Positions 50,940 through 61,403 of a DNA stretch of 64,000 nt are shown in pieces. The notes beneath the pieces were generated by a model, which was not told where the DNA came from, did no database searches, and was given only the letters and a program-made list of their open reading frames with translations. A program made the translations under genes and the position numbers. Positions within the stretch are counted from its first letter, which is position 1. Each line of letters begins with the position of its first letter. Source of the stretch: a bacterium (lineage in GTDB: Bacteria; SAR324; NAC60-12); assembly GCA_965233585.1 (NCBI GenBank), contig CBDDTI010000747.1:96001-160000 (forward strand). Direction: 5' to 3'.

Positions 50940-51986
50940 TTATTTTTTGGGTCTGCGATCGTTGGGTTGGTCAAAGTACTCCCATTTTGACCCATCAGGA
51001 AGTGTAGCGTCCATGTCAGTCAACGCACTGTACAAGTCAGGTCGTCGGTCTTTGATGTAATCGCTTTGTCCGTAGGGGTGAGTATATTCATAATCGCCGG
51101 GAATACAGTCAACAACAATCAAAGTCTCCACATTTTCTGCACGTGCAAGGTTATCTCCATAAGGGTCAGAAACCGCACTATTGCCCATGTAAACACCGCT
51201 TAAATCACCATTAGTCCGCCATTCCCACAAAGCACGATTACTATATGCGGCAAAAACCTTGTTTTGTCTGGCATTAGCAGGAATCACTTGCAATGTCGCA
51301 TCAGGATAAGCCCACATGCTCCAAGAATCATCAGGAAGTTTGACGCCAACATCTGCCGCAGTTGGCATGACAATGAGTTGAGCGCCTTTGAGAGCAAGGA
51401 TACGATAAAGGTCTGCAAACTCTGCTTCATAGCAGTTCAACAGTCCAACATTGATTCCGTTGACTGGAGCAACAGGATAGGCGTCTTTATGCTCATCTTT
51501 ATCAGCATAGCCAAAATGCCAGTTTGCTCGTTCGCAATCACCCCAAAGCGATGTTTTACGGTAGTTTGCCAAAAATGAACCATCTTGGTCATACATGATG
51601 ATGGAATCATAATAACGAGTCTCACCATTCCTCACTTCTTTTTCTGCATAAGACATGACAATTCCCATTTGATGCTCTTTGCCAACTTCTGCCATACGTT
51701 TCAAACGTGGGTCATCTTGGGTGACACCTACATTTTCAATATCGCCCGGCAGAATGTTGTAACCGCAAAAATAAAGTTCAGGGAACACCATTAACTGAAC
51801 ACCATGCTTTGCACCAATCGCCACGCTTTTTTTAAAAAGCTCAAAGTTTCTCTCAATCGCCTCTGCATCACCGACCCAAGCACTAATCTGGTGCATTCCT
51901 AGACGGATTCCTTCACCCTTTTTGGGAGCTTCTGCTCCACCGACTTTTTTTCTAATGACCGGGAAGTCAAACTGAAATTGTCCCAT
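50940..51986 (-). CDS. Carbon-nitrogen hydrolase (nitrilase superfamily)
   Basis: Catalytic triad motifs VFPE, YRK, LNCYE; C-terminal DRRPDLY. Confidence 0.9.
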   Translation of the reverse strand: MGQFQFDFPVIRKKVGGAEAPKKGEGIRLGMHQISAWVGDAEAIERNFELFKKSVAIGAKHGVQLMVFPELYFCGYNILPGDIENVGVTQDDPRLKRMAEVGKEHQMGIVMSYAEKEVRNGETRYYDSIIMYDQDGSFLANYRKTSLWGDCERANWHFGYADKDEHKDAYPVAPVNGINVGLLNCYEAEFADLYRILALKGAQLIVMPTAADVGVKLPDDSWSMWAYPDATLQVIPANARQNKVFAAYSNRALWEWRTNGDLSGVYMGNSAVSDPYGDNLARAENVETLIVVDCIPGDYEYTHPYGQSDYIKDRRPDLYSALTDMDATLPDGSKWEYFDQPNDRRPKK

Positions 51987-52022
51987 AATTCTCCATAAAT
52001 TAAGAATGATTAAAAATAAAAA

Positions 52023-53552
52023 TTAAAGCCTGCCTGCATCAAACATAGATCTACGTTTACGACCGCTTTGAAAGCGATCCACGACTTGTTCCATGTTTTG
52101 AACGAGCTGATAAAGTTTGTCTCCTGTAATATTTTGCCTCACAACAATTCTCAGGACGTCCATGCCGTCAGGTTCTTCATGGTCATGTGTGGGGAGTTGA
52201 TAAGTTGGGATAGTCCAGCCAAAGGTTCGGAGTCCATCAGAAAGCTCTTTCATTGTCCAACCTCTTTCCCCGTGCCTCCATTTTAGAACGATGATGGGAT
52301 AGTGGTCTAAGTCGCTGATATTTTCAAACCATTGGTCTAAGATTTGGCTTTTCTCAAGGTCGCTTACAAACTTTCTTGCCCTTGCGACGCTGCTGCAAAT
52401 CACAGAACGATACCCCTCCAAACCTAGACGCAAAAAATTGTAATACTGCATCAAGATTGCATAAGTTCCCCTTGAGAAGTTGACGGTGTAGTCATAAAAA
52501 TTCCCTCCCAAGTAGGTGATGCGATAAATCAAACTTTGGTCAACCACTTGGCTATTGCGAAAAATCACAGTTCCAAGACCCGGATAAACTAATCCAAATT
52601 TGTGATTGGAAATGTTAATGGATCTAGCACGAGGCACATCACGAAAATTAAACTTCACATCATTTGGTCCCCCGTTGTTAGTAAAAGGCAAAGTAAAACC
52701 GCCACTTCCTGCATCTACGTGAATTGGAATGTCAAGCTGAAGCTCCTTTTGCTCTTCACAATAGCGATCTATTGCGTCAGACGCACCTTTCACATCATCT
52801 GAATTGCCTGTAAATGTTGTAGCGGTTGCACAGCCAACAGCCATGACTAATTCCCCAACCGTTCTATTTTGCAAATTTTCCAAGTATTCTTCAGGATACT
52901 CACAAAACTCAACAATTTGGTCTCTGTAAGGACTATCCTCAATCGTGCTAGACAACACTTCGTAAACATCATCTTCTGTCATGATGAACTTATCATCATC
53001 AAGAGGAATGTATAAAACGCCTGCATCAAAGTAACGACCAAATTTATCCCAACAGGTGTGCATGTGTGTTGTAATCACCACAAAACATCGGTCATAACGA
53101 CTACTTTGGGGATTCAGACGAATTTGCTTAGACCAGTTTTTTTTATGGGCAATCAGACTCAGCATGATAGCCTCAGACGAACCAATCGTTGTTGAGCCGT
53201 AGTAGCCTCTGGCATGATTGGGGTCTGCATCTTTGGCAGTAAACTCCACACCATACCAATTCCCCATCATCCAGATAATCCTTTTTTCAATCATGTTAGA
53301 TTGAGGGTATTCCTCGTGGTTGATGAAATTTTTATCAAGATGCTCTACACCAATACGTGTCCCCCATTCGTCCATCCATGTATTGACAAATGTTGCCAAG
53401 TTTAAAGAGGGGCTGCCATCAAAATGAAGCTCTTCTTGAATCAGCTGATAAGCTGATTCAGGCTCCATAGAAGACTCAGGGATTCTGGTATGAGAGGAAA
53501 CTTGTTGAAATTCTTTGCGAGAATAAAGCGGAGTGAGATAAGTATCGGTCAT
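52023..53552 (-). CDS. PLP-dependent decarboxylase, glutamate-decarboxylase-like
   Basis: NLATFV, GSSEAIML, HVDAGSGGF, SNHKFGLVYPG, NFSR, LRIVVR. Confidence 0.88.
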   Translation of the reverse strand: MTDTYLTPLYSRKEFQQVSSHTRIPESSMEPESAYQLIQEELHFDGSPSLNLATFVNTWMDEWGTRIGVEHLDKNFINHEEYPQSNMIEKRIIWMMGNWYGVEFTAKDADPNHARGYYGSTTIGSSEAIMLSLIAHKKNWSKQIRLNPQSSRYDRCFVVITTHMHTCWDKFGRYFDAGVLYIPLDDDKFIMTEDDVYEVLSSTIEDSPYRDQIVEFCEYPEEYLENLQNRTVGELVMAVGCATATTFTGNSDDVKGASDAIDRYCEEQKELQLDIPIHVDAGSGGFTLPFTNNGGPNDVKFNFRDVPRARSINISNHKFGLVYPGLGTVIFRNSQVVDQSLIYRITYLGGNFYDYTVNFSRGTYAILMQYYNFLRLGLEGYRSVICSSVARARKFVSDLEKSQILDQWFENISDLDHYPIIVLKWRHGERGWTMKELSDGLRTFGWTIPTYQLPTHDHEEPDGMDVLRIVVRQNITGDKLYQLVQNMEQVVDRFQSGRKRRSMFDAGRL

Positions 53553-53556
53553 GGAT

Positions 53557-54615
53557 TTATTGAACTTGAAAAACAGGCTTAAAATATTTTGGGGCTAAAA
53601 AGTTTTCGCGTGGGAAAAGACCTAAAGTATCGGCATTGATGACGTAGATTTCTGGACCAACATGCCTCAATACAGGTTTGCCTTCCAGCACTCTGACAGC
53701 TTGGTCAATCGCAATTTTGCCTTGTATGACAGTAGAGTCTGTTGGAGATGCCACGACACTACCTTGAGAAATGGCATCGTAAACGAAGGGAGTTAGGTAG
53801 TAAGACAAGACTTTGATGTTTTCAGAACGATTGACCTCTTGCAAATACTTTACTGCTACCTCTGCAGTCACAGCAGAACCAACAATGTAATCTACATCAG
53901 GAGTCTTTTTTAGGACATCTTTCAAGAGGTCTAATTGTTCTTGATTGCTTAAACCACCATAGTTAACAGAGGTGATGGAAACAGCCCCCTTGCTTGTTGA
54001 AGCTGTAAAACCCTTATGAGCAGCACTGACAAAACCTGCCCCTTTGGGTCCAGGAAACCATGCAATATTGACATTGTTAAACCCTTTAGGATGCCTTAAA
54101 ACAAGGTAGTCTCCCACACTCCTACCCATATCTACAAATGACACCAATGATTTGGCAGACATTTGTCTTGTGGACATGCCGTTGATCATATCCACCACCA
54201 CAATTCCACTTGAACGTAGCTGACCAACCAGCCCATTTAAACCATCATACGAAATCGCTCCGACAATCACTGCGGCTGCATTCTTTGAACAATCCTTGAT
54301 TTGTTGAATCTGAACAGGTAGATTGCCATACCCTCCAGCTTCTACAAGATTGATCTTGACGCCAAGCCTCCTTGCTTCCTCTACAATCCCATAATTCACT
54401 GACACCCAATAAGCATCTTGCATGTGAGGAAACGAAACGCAGATTTTCCAAGCAGAAGTCGCTTTTGTCAAAGGACGATACTTGATTCCGATGTTCGGGC
54501 TTTCAGAGTTAAAAGGAGGATGCCAAACTCGGATATCATAATCCCATGAATTAGCCCAAACTCCCATATTCAACCAGCTGAAACCCAAGATCAATAAGCC
54601 AATTTTCAATAACAT
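53557..54615 (-). CDS. torT: TorT-like periplasmic binding protein
   Basis: WKICVSFPHMQDAYWVSVNYGIVEEARRLGV, EAGGY, WFPGP, QGKIAIDQAVRVLEG. Confidence 0.8.
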   Translation of the reverse strand: MLLKIGLLILGFSWLNMGVWANSWDYDIRVWHPPFNSESPNIGIKYRPLTKATSAWKICVSFPHMQDAYWVSVNYGIVEEARRLGVKINLVEAGGYGNLPVQIQQIKDCSKNAAAVIVGAISYDGLNGLVGQLRSSGIVVVDMINGMSTRQMSAKSLVSFVDMGRSVGDYLVLRHPKGFNNVNIAWFPGPKGAGFVSAAHKGFTASTSKGAVSITSVNYGGLSNQEQLDLLKDVLKKTPDVDYIVGSAVTAEVAVKYLQEVNRSENIKVLSYYLTPFVYDAISQGSVVASPTDSTVIQGKIAIDQAVRVLEGKPVLRHVGPEIYVINADTLGLFPRENFLAPKYFKPVFQVQ

Positions 54616-55053
54616 AAACCTCCTTCAATCAAGGCACAGTCAATAAACAAACTGACGATTCTGACATAGTCATCAACCGTTGTAAAGTCTCTTATTCGTG
54701 AAAAAACTTTTAAATCTGCAAATTCAAGAAAAAGCACAGCCTAAATTTGCAATTTTGGCAACGCAGGTGTTTTAGGTTTGACAAACAGGAGTATCTTTCG
54801 TCAAAGACTTGTTTGGTAGAATGCCCGTTTTCTTGCGTATCCTAAATGGTCATCAGATTCTCATCTTGCTGCTTAACCTCAAATCGTCTAGTATGTTGCG
54901 TTTCAAGATGCTCTTTTTCCAAATCATCTAAATTCAAATGGCATGATTATTCTCGCATCAGCTTTTCATGCTTCTTTTCTCTCTGGATTGACTGTTGGAA
55001 AAAGTAACAAGAAAAAACTCTGACAAAATTATTTTTACTCTAGCAAGATTTTA

Positions 55054-55725
55054 GTGATTTATTTAAGAGGTATAGAAAAAACCTTTCAAGATGGCAAATC
55101 TCAACGCGTGTTGTTCCAAGACTTAGACTTTACGGTAGAGTCAGCTCAGAAAGTTGCCATTACAGGGGCAAGTGGAAGTGGAAAAACAACCCTGCTCTAT
55201 CTGCTAAGTGGTTTGGAACAACCGCAAAAAGGGACAATCCAAATTGGTTCACTGGAAATGACTCAGCTTTCTGAAAAAGAAAGGACGCTCTTCCGTAGAA
55301 AATCGGTCGGGTTTGTCTTTCAATCTTTTCATCTCATTGAGTATCTTTCGGTTCAAGACAACATTTTAGTCCCATTAGAGTTAAATCAGATGGAACTAAA
55401 ACAAGACCACTTTCTTTCATTGGTTCAGACCTTAAAACTTCAAAACCTCCTCTATCGTTATCCCACAACACTTTCTGGTGGCGAAAAACAAAGAGTTGCC
55501 ATTGCCAGATCATTGATTCATCAGCCATCTTTTGTCCTAGCTGATGAACCGACAGGCAGTTTAGATGCAAAAACAGCAGAAGAAACTTTAGAAATGTTGC
55601 AAAACGTTGCCAGACTCTTTCAACAAACTTTAATTATTGTCACGCATAGTCCAAAAACTCTTGACTATGTGGATACTGTTTTTCATTTGGAAGACCAAAA
55701 GCTCAAACAAACGCAATCATTATGA
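55054..55725 (+). CDS. LolD/MacB-type ABC ATP-binding protein
   Basis: GASGSGKTT, GFVFQSFHL, LSGGEKQRVAIAR, LADEPTGSLD. Confidence 0.93.
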   Translation: MIYLRGIEKTFQDGKSQRVLFQDLDFTVESAQKVAITGASGSGKTTLLYLLSGLEQPQKGTIQIGSLEMTQLSEKERTLFRRKSVGFVFQSFHLIEYLSVQDNILVPLELNQMELKQDHFLSLVQTLKLQNLLYRYPTTLSGGEKQRVAIARSLIHQPSFVLADEPTGSLDAKTAEETLEMLQNVARLFQQTLIIVTHSPKTLDYVDTVFHLEDQKLKQTQSL

Positions 55726-58220
55726 ATTTTGTTTGGAAGACAATGCTTTTGTTTTATAAAAAGCATTACTTTTACTGGCTTTTGATGATTTTTAGTTTGT
55801 CAGTCGGAGTAGGTGTTGTCGTCAGTGTGGATTCTACAATCTACAGCATCTTCAAAGCATTAGAAATTCAAGATGATTACTTGATGGGTAAAGCAACACA
55901 TTCTATGATTTCTCCAACTCAAAATATTCCTGAAACTTTTTATCAAAGTTTAAAACTAAATTCGGGAGAAATCATTGCAACACCTTGGATCAGTGGCAAA
56001 ATTAAGTGGCAAAATCAAGATTGGAATTTAATAGGAATAGAACCCATTCAAGAAATTAAATTAAGAAACCATTGGTTCAATAGTAAAAGTGACTTCCAAA
56101 TCATTGACTTCTTCAAAAAACCTAATGCCACAGTCATCATTCAACAAAATCCATCTCAACTAGAATCCAATGAAATTCAGATTTTAGGTGTGACAAACAA
56201 GCATACTTTACACGTCATTGATGTCATTCAAAAGCCTTCTATCCAAGAATTAGATCAAACCTTGCTCGTTGATATTGGTACCGCACAAACTATTTTAAAC
56301 CAAGAAAAAACAATTCAGAGAATTGACTTAATTCTTAAAAATCAAAAAGAATTTCAAAGGGTTTCACAGTGGTTAAAAACATACCCTTCTGACATAAGTC
56401 TGCAAGAGGTACAACAAAATTTTCAAGAATCACAAACCTTAATTTCTGCATTCAAAATGAATTTACAGGCATTAAGTTTAATCGTTGTTATAGTAGGTTG
56501 TTTTGTGATTTTGAATACAATGTATTTTTTGATTTTGAAACGTAAGGAGGTTTTAGAAATTTATTATACTTTAGGAATGACGAAAGCAGAGATATTGCGT
56601 TCTTTGCTAGGTGAGGCACTTCTTTTAGGAATCATTGGTTCGGGGCTTGGTACTGTTTTGGGTAGAGTTTTTAGCCACTTTTTGATCACACAAGTAACGC
56701 AAAATATTAATGATCATTTTTTTGAGGTCAGTGTCAATCAAATTTACTTTCATCAGTTTGATTTTATCAAAGCGTATTTGATTGGTATTTCTGCTTCTTT
56801 AGTGGCTACCCTTTTACCTGCATGGGATATTAATAAAAAAATCACAGGTCAGACATTCTCTCAACAAACTAAACATACGACACTGCCTCAGTCTTCTTTT
56901 AAAATCGTGATTTATGGATTGCTATTTTTTCTTTTAGGCTTTTACTTAGCATCTCATACTTCAATTGCTCTGCAATGGAACATTGTTGGTTTTTTTCTTC
57001 AGTTTTTAGGGATACTTTGCTTTTTTCCAACATTGAGTCATTCCATCTTTTTAGTTGCTCAAAAATATAGTCAAAAATCATTCTGGTTAAAATGTTTATT
57101 TGCAACACTCTTGTATTCTTCCACAAGAATCCGAATACTTTGCATTGCAGTCATTTTGGCATTAGCAACAATGATTGCAGTAGAAACGATGACTTCTAGT
57201 TTTAGAAAAACTTTTGTTGAAGTAATGAACCAGACAGTTCAAGGAGACTTCTATGTGTTTCATCGCTTATCACAAAAGACTTTTATTCTACCAAACTGGT
57301 TAGTAGATTTTCAAAACAATGAAAAAGTAAAAACAATCACGACTTACTTTTTGACTCAAACTACTTATCAAGAAAAAAACTATCCTCTCTATGTTTATGA
57401 TGTTTTAAGAGGGGACGACTTTCAAGGTCAGATTTTAAAAAACCCACCATTGCAACTGAAAAATAATAACTTGCCCCAAGTAAAAGTCTCAGAAGTCTTG
57501 CAAAATAGACTTCAAATGATGCAAGGAGATGTCATCAGTCTAGCAACCGATCAAGGAACAGTGAATTTTTTTGTAGCAAATATCTTTTATGATTATGCCT
57601 ATCCTCAGGGTCTTATCTCAATAGATGCAAAAACCTACCATCAATATTGGCAAGGAAACCCCCAAGAAGTCAACGGCTTTGCCTTAGAATGGCAAGACAA
57701 CACTCAGCAAAATCCACTTGCCAATCAATTCATCAAAAAGCTAGACAATATGGAAACTTTGGAATGGAAAAATCACCAGATGATTAAACAAGCCGCATTA
57801 AAAATTTTTGACAGAACTTTTGCAATTACTGCTGTTCTTAAAACAATCGTTGTGATTGTGGCATTAATTGGAATGTTAAGTACATATTTTTTACTGCAAT
57901 TTGAGAATTTAAGCACGTTCGGTCTTTTTAGAGTTATGGGGGTTAGCTCTCAACAAGTGACAGGTTTTATGATATTGGAGTCTCTTATATTGGGAGGAAT
58001 GCTAGGTTTTTTGTCATGGCTGCCGGGGATTTGGCTGTCGTGGATTTTGGTGGACTTTATCAACGTCAAAGCCTTTGGCTGGAGTTTTCAATGGCAAATA
58101 GACATGGGGATTTTGTGGCAAGCATTGTTTTTAAACCTTATTGCAACATTATGTGCGGTTTCTATTCCTAGCTGGTATGTCTCTCAAAAAATGCCAATCC
58201 ATTTGGTGCATCATGAATAA
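55722..58220 (+). CDS. FtsX-like ABC permease (duplicated architecture)
   Basis: Two periplasmic-domain + TM blocks; FDRTFAIT, INVKAFGWS. Confidence 0.88.
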   Translation: MNFVWKTMLLFYKKHYFYWLLMIFSLSVGVGVVVSVDSTIYSIFKALEIQDDYLMGKATHSMISPTQNIPETFYQSLKLNSGEIIATPWISGKIKWQNQDWNLIGIEPIQEIKLRNHWFNSKSDFQIIDFFKKPNATVIIQQNPSQLESNEIQILGVTNKHTLHVIDVIQKPSIQELDQTLLVDIGTAQTILNQEKTIQRIDLILKNQKEFQRVSQWLKTYPSDISLQEVQQNFQESQTLISAFKMNLQALSLIVVIVGCFVILNTMYFLILKRKEVLEIYYTLGMTKAEILRSLLGEALLLGIIGSGLGTVLGRVFSHFLITQVTQNINDHFFEVSVNQIYFHQFDFIKAYLIGISASLVATLLPAWDINKKITGQTFSQQTKHTTLPQSSFKIVIYGLLFFLLGFYLASHTSIALQWNIVGFFLQFLGILCFFPTLSHSIFLVAQKYSQKSFWLKCLFATLLYSSTRIRILCIAVILALATMIAVETMTSSFRKTFVEVMNQTVQGDFYVFHRLSQKTFILPNWLVDFQNNEKVKTITTYFLTQTTYQEKNYPLYVYDVLRGDDFQGQILKNPPLQLKNNNLPQVKVSEVLQNRLQMMQGDVISLATDQGTVNFFVANIFYDYAYPQGLISIDAKTYHQYWQGNPQEVNGFALEWQDNTQQNPLANQFIKKLDNMETLEWKNHQMIKQAALKIFDRTFAITAVLKTIVVIVALIGMLSTYFLLQFENLSTFGLFRVMGVSSQQVTGFMILESLILGGMLGFLSWLPGIWLSWILVDFINVKAFGWSFQWQIDMGILWQALFLNLIATLCAVSIPSWYVSQKMPIHLVHHE

Positions 58221-59376
58221 ACAGCCGCTTTATATTCAACTGCTAGTGACTACTAGTTTGTTTTCTTTGTTGCTGATCTTTCCTCTATTTTACTTTCAGG
58301 AATCCAACAAATCACTCTCAGACCAAGAGTGGTCTCTTCAAGAGACTCTAGGCACAGCTTCAGATGATGACCTCTTCCAAAAAGCAGAAACACCTGTCAA
58401 CTTTCAATTTCCCAAAGATCATGGAGGACATCGTCAGTTTCGCAACGAGTGGTGGTATTGGGTTGGGCATTTGAGAACAAGAGAAGGTCGTGAATTTGGT
58501 TATCAGTGGACAATTTTCCGCACCTCTCTTTTTCCTCAAGATTCCGCACAAGCCCAATCATCTCCTTGGCAATCACAATCTATGTATATGGGACACTTTG
58601 CCGTTTCTGACATGCAAGAAAACAAATTTTATTCCTTTGAACGTTTTTCAAGAGAATCACTGGGTCTGGCAGGGGTGCAAATACAACCCTTTCAGCTTTG
58701 GTTGGAAGATTGGAAATTAGCAGAAAACCCAAAAAAACCTTTGCAATGGACATTGCAAGTGCAACAACAAGGCTTGGCGTTGAATCTTCATTTTCAAATG
58801 GACACACAACTCATCTTGCAGGGTCGTCAAGGTTTAAGCCAAAAAGGTTCTCAACTAGGCAATGCCTCTTATTACTATTCATTGCCACGCGTCCAAACTC
58901 AAGGCACAGTCTCTATTCAAGAAGAGACATTTGAGGTGGTTGGTGAAAGTTGGCAAGACCGAGAATGGAGTACAAGCTCTTTGGAAAAGGGTTTGGAAGG
59001 TTGGGATTGGTTCGCTATTCAACTTGCATCAGGGGAAAACATTATGGTCTATCTACTCAGAAAACGAGACCAATCCAAAAGCCGTTGGAGTTCTGGCATT
59101 TTTATTAGAAATCAACAAACACAATCTTTGACAGCAGAAGATTTTCAGATTGACGTTTTAGAAACATGGACTAGCCCTAAAACAAATAAAACCTATCCTT
59201 CTGGCTGGTTGCTCAAAATTCCAAAAGAGCAACTGACATTGACAATCATGCCTAAAATGAAGCATCAAGAACATCTTTTTCAATTTCATTACTGGGAAGG
59301 TGCAGCTGACGTTCAAGGTACATTGCAAGACCAAGACACAACAGGCAATGCTTACGTGGAACTTGTTGGATACTGA
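58213..59376 (+). CDS. AttH/CrtC-like lipocalin-domain protein
   Basis: FPKDHGGH..EWWYWVG, ASYYYS, WQDREWS, GWDWF, YWEG, YVELVGY; ATG at 58213 preferred. Confidence 0.88.
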   Translation: MNKQPLYIQLLVTTSLFSLLLIFPLFYFQESNKSLSDQEWSLQETLGTASDDDLFQKAETPVNFQFPKDHGGHRQFRNEWWYWVGHLRTREGREFGYQWTIFRTSLFPQDSAQAQSSPWQSQSMYMGHFAVSDMQENKFYSFERFSRESLGLAGVQIQPFQLWLEDWKLAENPKKPLQWTLQVQQQGLALNLHFQMDTQLILQGRQGLSQKGSQLGNASYYYSLPRVQTQGTVSIQEETFEVVGESWQDREWSTSSLEKGLEGWDWFAIQLASGENIMVYLLRKRDQSKSRWSSGIFIRNQQTQSLTAEDFQIDVLETWTSPKTNKTYPSGWLLKIPKEQLTLTIMPKMKHQEHLFQFHYWEGAADVQGTLQDQDTTGNAYVELVGY

Positions 59377-59417
59377 CCTCAATTTTTGTTGTTGAGTCTT
59401 GCCCTCAAAATCATTTT

Positions 59418-60588
59418 CTAAAAAATGAAACGTCCAGTCATTTCAAAACCTGATGAATCAAAAGTACCACTGGTTAAAAGTCCGTAACTGAACCGAACCA
59501 TTGCAATCGCAGATGGAGACAAAGCTATGCCAATCGTTTTGCTTGTTTCGTGATAGCTGTCAGTGTCAGTTTCATCAACGGTTTGAGACGCTACATTTTT
59601 TGCACCATAGTCCCCAAAAATGATAAGTTGCTTGGAGATTTGTCGTTCTGCATCAATTTTGTAACCCGATGAAGCTGCTGTTGCAGAATCCTCATTGTTT
59701 GATTCAGAGATGAAGGACAACTCAAATTGAGTTTGAGGATCCAAGTTTTTCCCAAAGAAAAAACTGAGAATATCTCCGTTACCTCTGCGATCCTTAGAGG
59801 ACATTTCGGCAAGAGTGGAGTCATCTGACATGGACTTCATTTTCATTGTACACGTCTTTTTAGAGCTGACTTTAGGGGTCAAGATAGCACCAAGAGTAAA
59901 CCCTTGTTCTAACTCAACTGCACCACCAAAACTTAAAACAAAAAAGTTATGACTGACGTCACATGGTGTGATTTTAAGCTCTTCATCTGTGAATTTGAAT
60001 TTGACGCTGGAATAAATCTGCTTTCGTGTGAAGCTGAAAAGTAAACGTTTTGATTCCTCCAGTAGATAGTCCACAAAGACTCCCATATCTGTGTTTTGCT
60101 GTTCTGCTGTTCCAACAAGAGTATCAGAGGAAGACTCCATTTCCATTTTTATCTGGGAATAACTAGCAGACAACAAAAGAGGGTCAGAGAAGCGTCCGTA
60201 GTATGAAAACTGCACACCTTTTGTTGGTTGATATTCTGTGTCCTCATCATGAGAATTTGTTTGAAGCTGTGTATAAGCTGCTGAAATGGCATGTCTTTCT
60301 TTGATTTTAGAAGTTTTTAAGTCAAACATCGTGCCTTGATTGGCTAGAGGGGTGAGCATAACAGGCTCAGCATGTGAAAAGCCACACCAGATAGAGGAGA
60401 GGAAAAATGGAAGAAACCAGAGCAACGAGGATTTGGCAGTAAAATCAGATTTTTTAGAAAAACTCAAAAAATCTGTATTTTTGCTTGACTTTTGAAAAAT
60501 CTGATTTAGCCTACAATAGATTGCGGATTGCGGATTGCGGATTGCGGATTGCGGATTGCGGATTGCGGATTGCGGATAAATTTTGCAT
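59418..60588 (-). CDS. Putative outer-membrane beta-barrel protein, currently out of frame with its ATG because of a heptamer tract
   Basis: ORF 59418-60467 has a signal-like segment (..GFSHA), alternating beta strands and terminal Phe; the upstream ATG at 60588 (AGGT RBS) is 1 nt out of frame across (TCCGCAA)8. Confidence 0.7.
60521..60576. repeat. Simple sequence repeat (TTGCGGA)8
   Basis: Eight perfect heptamer units read directly. Confidence 0.97.
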
Positions 60589-60771
60589 GGTACCTAGTTG
60601 AAATAAAATTAAAATAACAAAATAAGCCAATCTTAACGAATTAGGTAATCATCTCAATTAGCAGGGAATTTAGTCTCGTATAAGATAAAAAAAGAGTCAA
60701 GTAAGAAATGTCAAGTCTCACAGCCTTGACAAAGCCTTATCATTCCTTGAGTCAAACGACTTTTGTTTTTT

Positions 60772-60988
60772 GAGATTCCGCATCAAGTGCGGAATGACTG
60801 AGAGGTTTTGTAGGCGTGTCTTTTCGTCATTGCGTGCTTGTGTTTCCGTCATTGCGTGCTTGACCCGCAATCTCTCTTGTTTTCTATCCGCGTCATCGCT
60901 CACTTTGAAAACTGTCATTGCTGACCTTGACCCGCAATCTCTCTTTTTTTTCTTAAAACACAGGACAAACACTTGGGTTTGTCCCTAC
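60772..60988. repeat. Intergenic REP cluster (GTCATT-type and GTAG-type)
   Basis: Copies at 60772-60800, partial ~60825-60840, 60846-60874, ~60913-60941, and GGACAAACACTTGGGTTTGTCCCTAC at 60963-60988. Confidence 0.88.
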
Positions 60989-61320
60989 TCTGCCACCTGC
61001 TTGCTTTTCATCATTTTTCTGTTTTTTGACCTCCCAATCTGCTTACTTTTCAGATTTTTTTGAAAAATCTTCAAAATTTCTCAAAATTCCTTAAATTTTT
61101 TTCAAAACCCCTCAAACCCTCATCTTTCCTGACTTCCTGATCTTCCTCTTTTGACAAAAAATCTTCAAAATTCCTTAAAAAACTAAAAAATGACCCAAAA
61201 ATTAAAAACGTTGGCTTGTTTTTTTTTTTGTACGTGCATAATGCCCGTTTTGGCTTTTCGCAAAACTCTCATCTTGAAAACAAATGAGGTTTTCATTTCA
61301 AGAGAAGAGTTTTTGGTGTG

Positions 61321-61360
61321 ACAGCACCCGCAGGGGGTGCTGTTGTTTTGTTAATTTTTT
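61321..61360 (+). terminator. Rho-independent-terminator-like hairpin in the leader of the FN3 lipoprotein gene
   Basis: ACAGCACCC-gcagg-GGGTGCTGT stem followed by a T-rich run, about 60 nt before the ATG at 61404. Confidence 0.55.
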
Positions 61361-61403
61361 CATTTGTTCATCTCATTCAATTTTGTTTAATAGGTAGGTT
61401 TTT

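Noticed and set aside
54620..55050. Gene remnant or ncRNA in the 440-bp intergenic gap
   Set aside because: Only short stop-interrupted frames and no recognisable RNA motif; not supportable
60521..60990. Possible CRISPR array
   Set aside because: The repeats are a spacer-less heptamer tract and irregular palindromes in mixed orientation; no cas genes in the window
60718..61063. ORFs 60718-60972 (-) and 60770-61063 (+)
   Set aside because: They are translations of the REP cluster and low-complexity DNA
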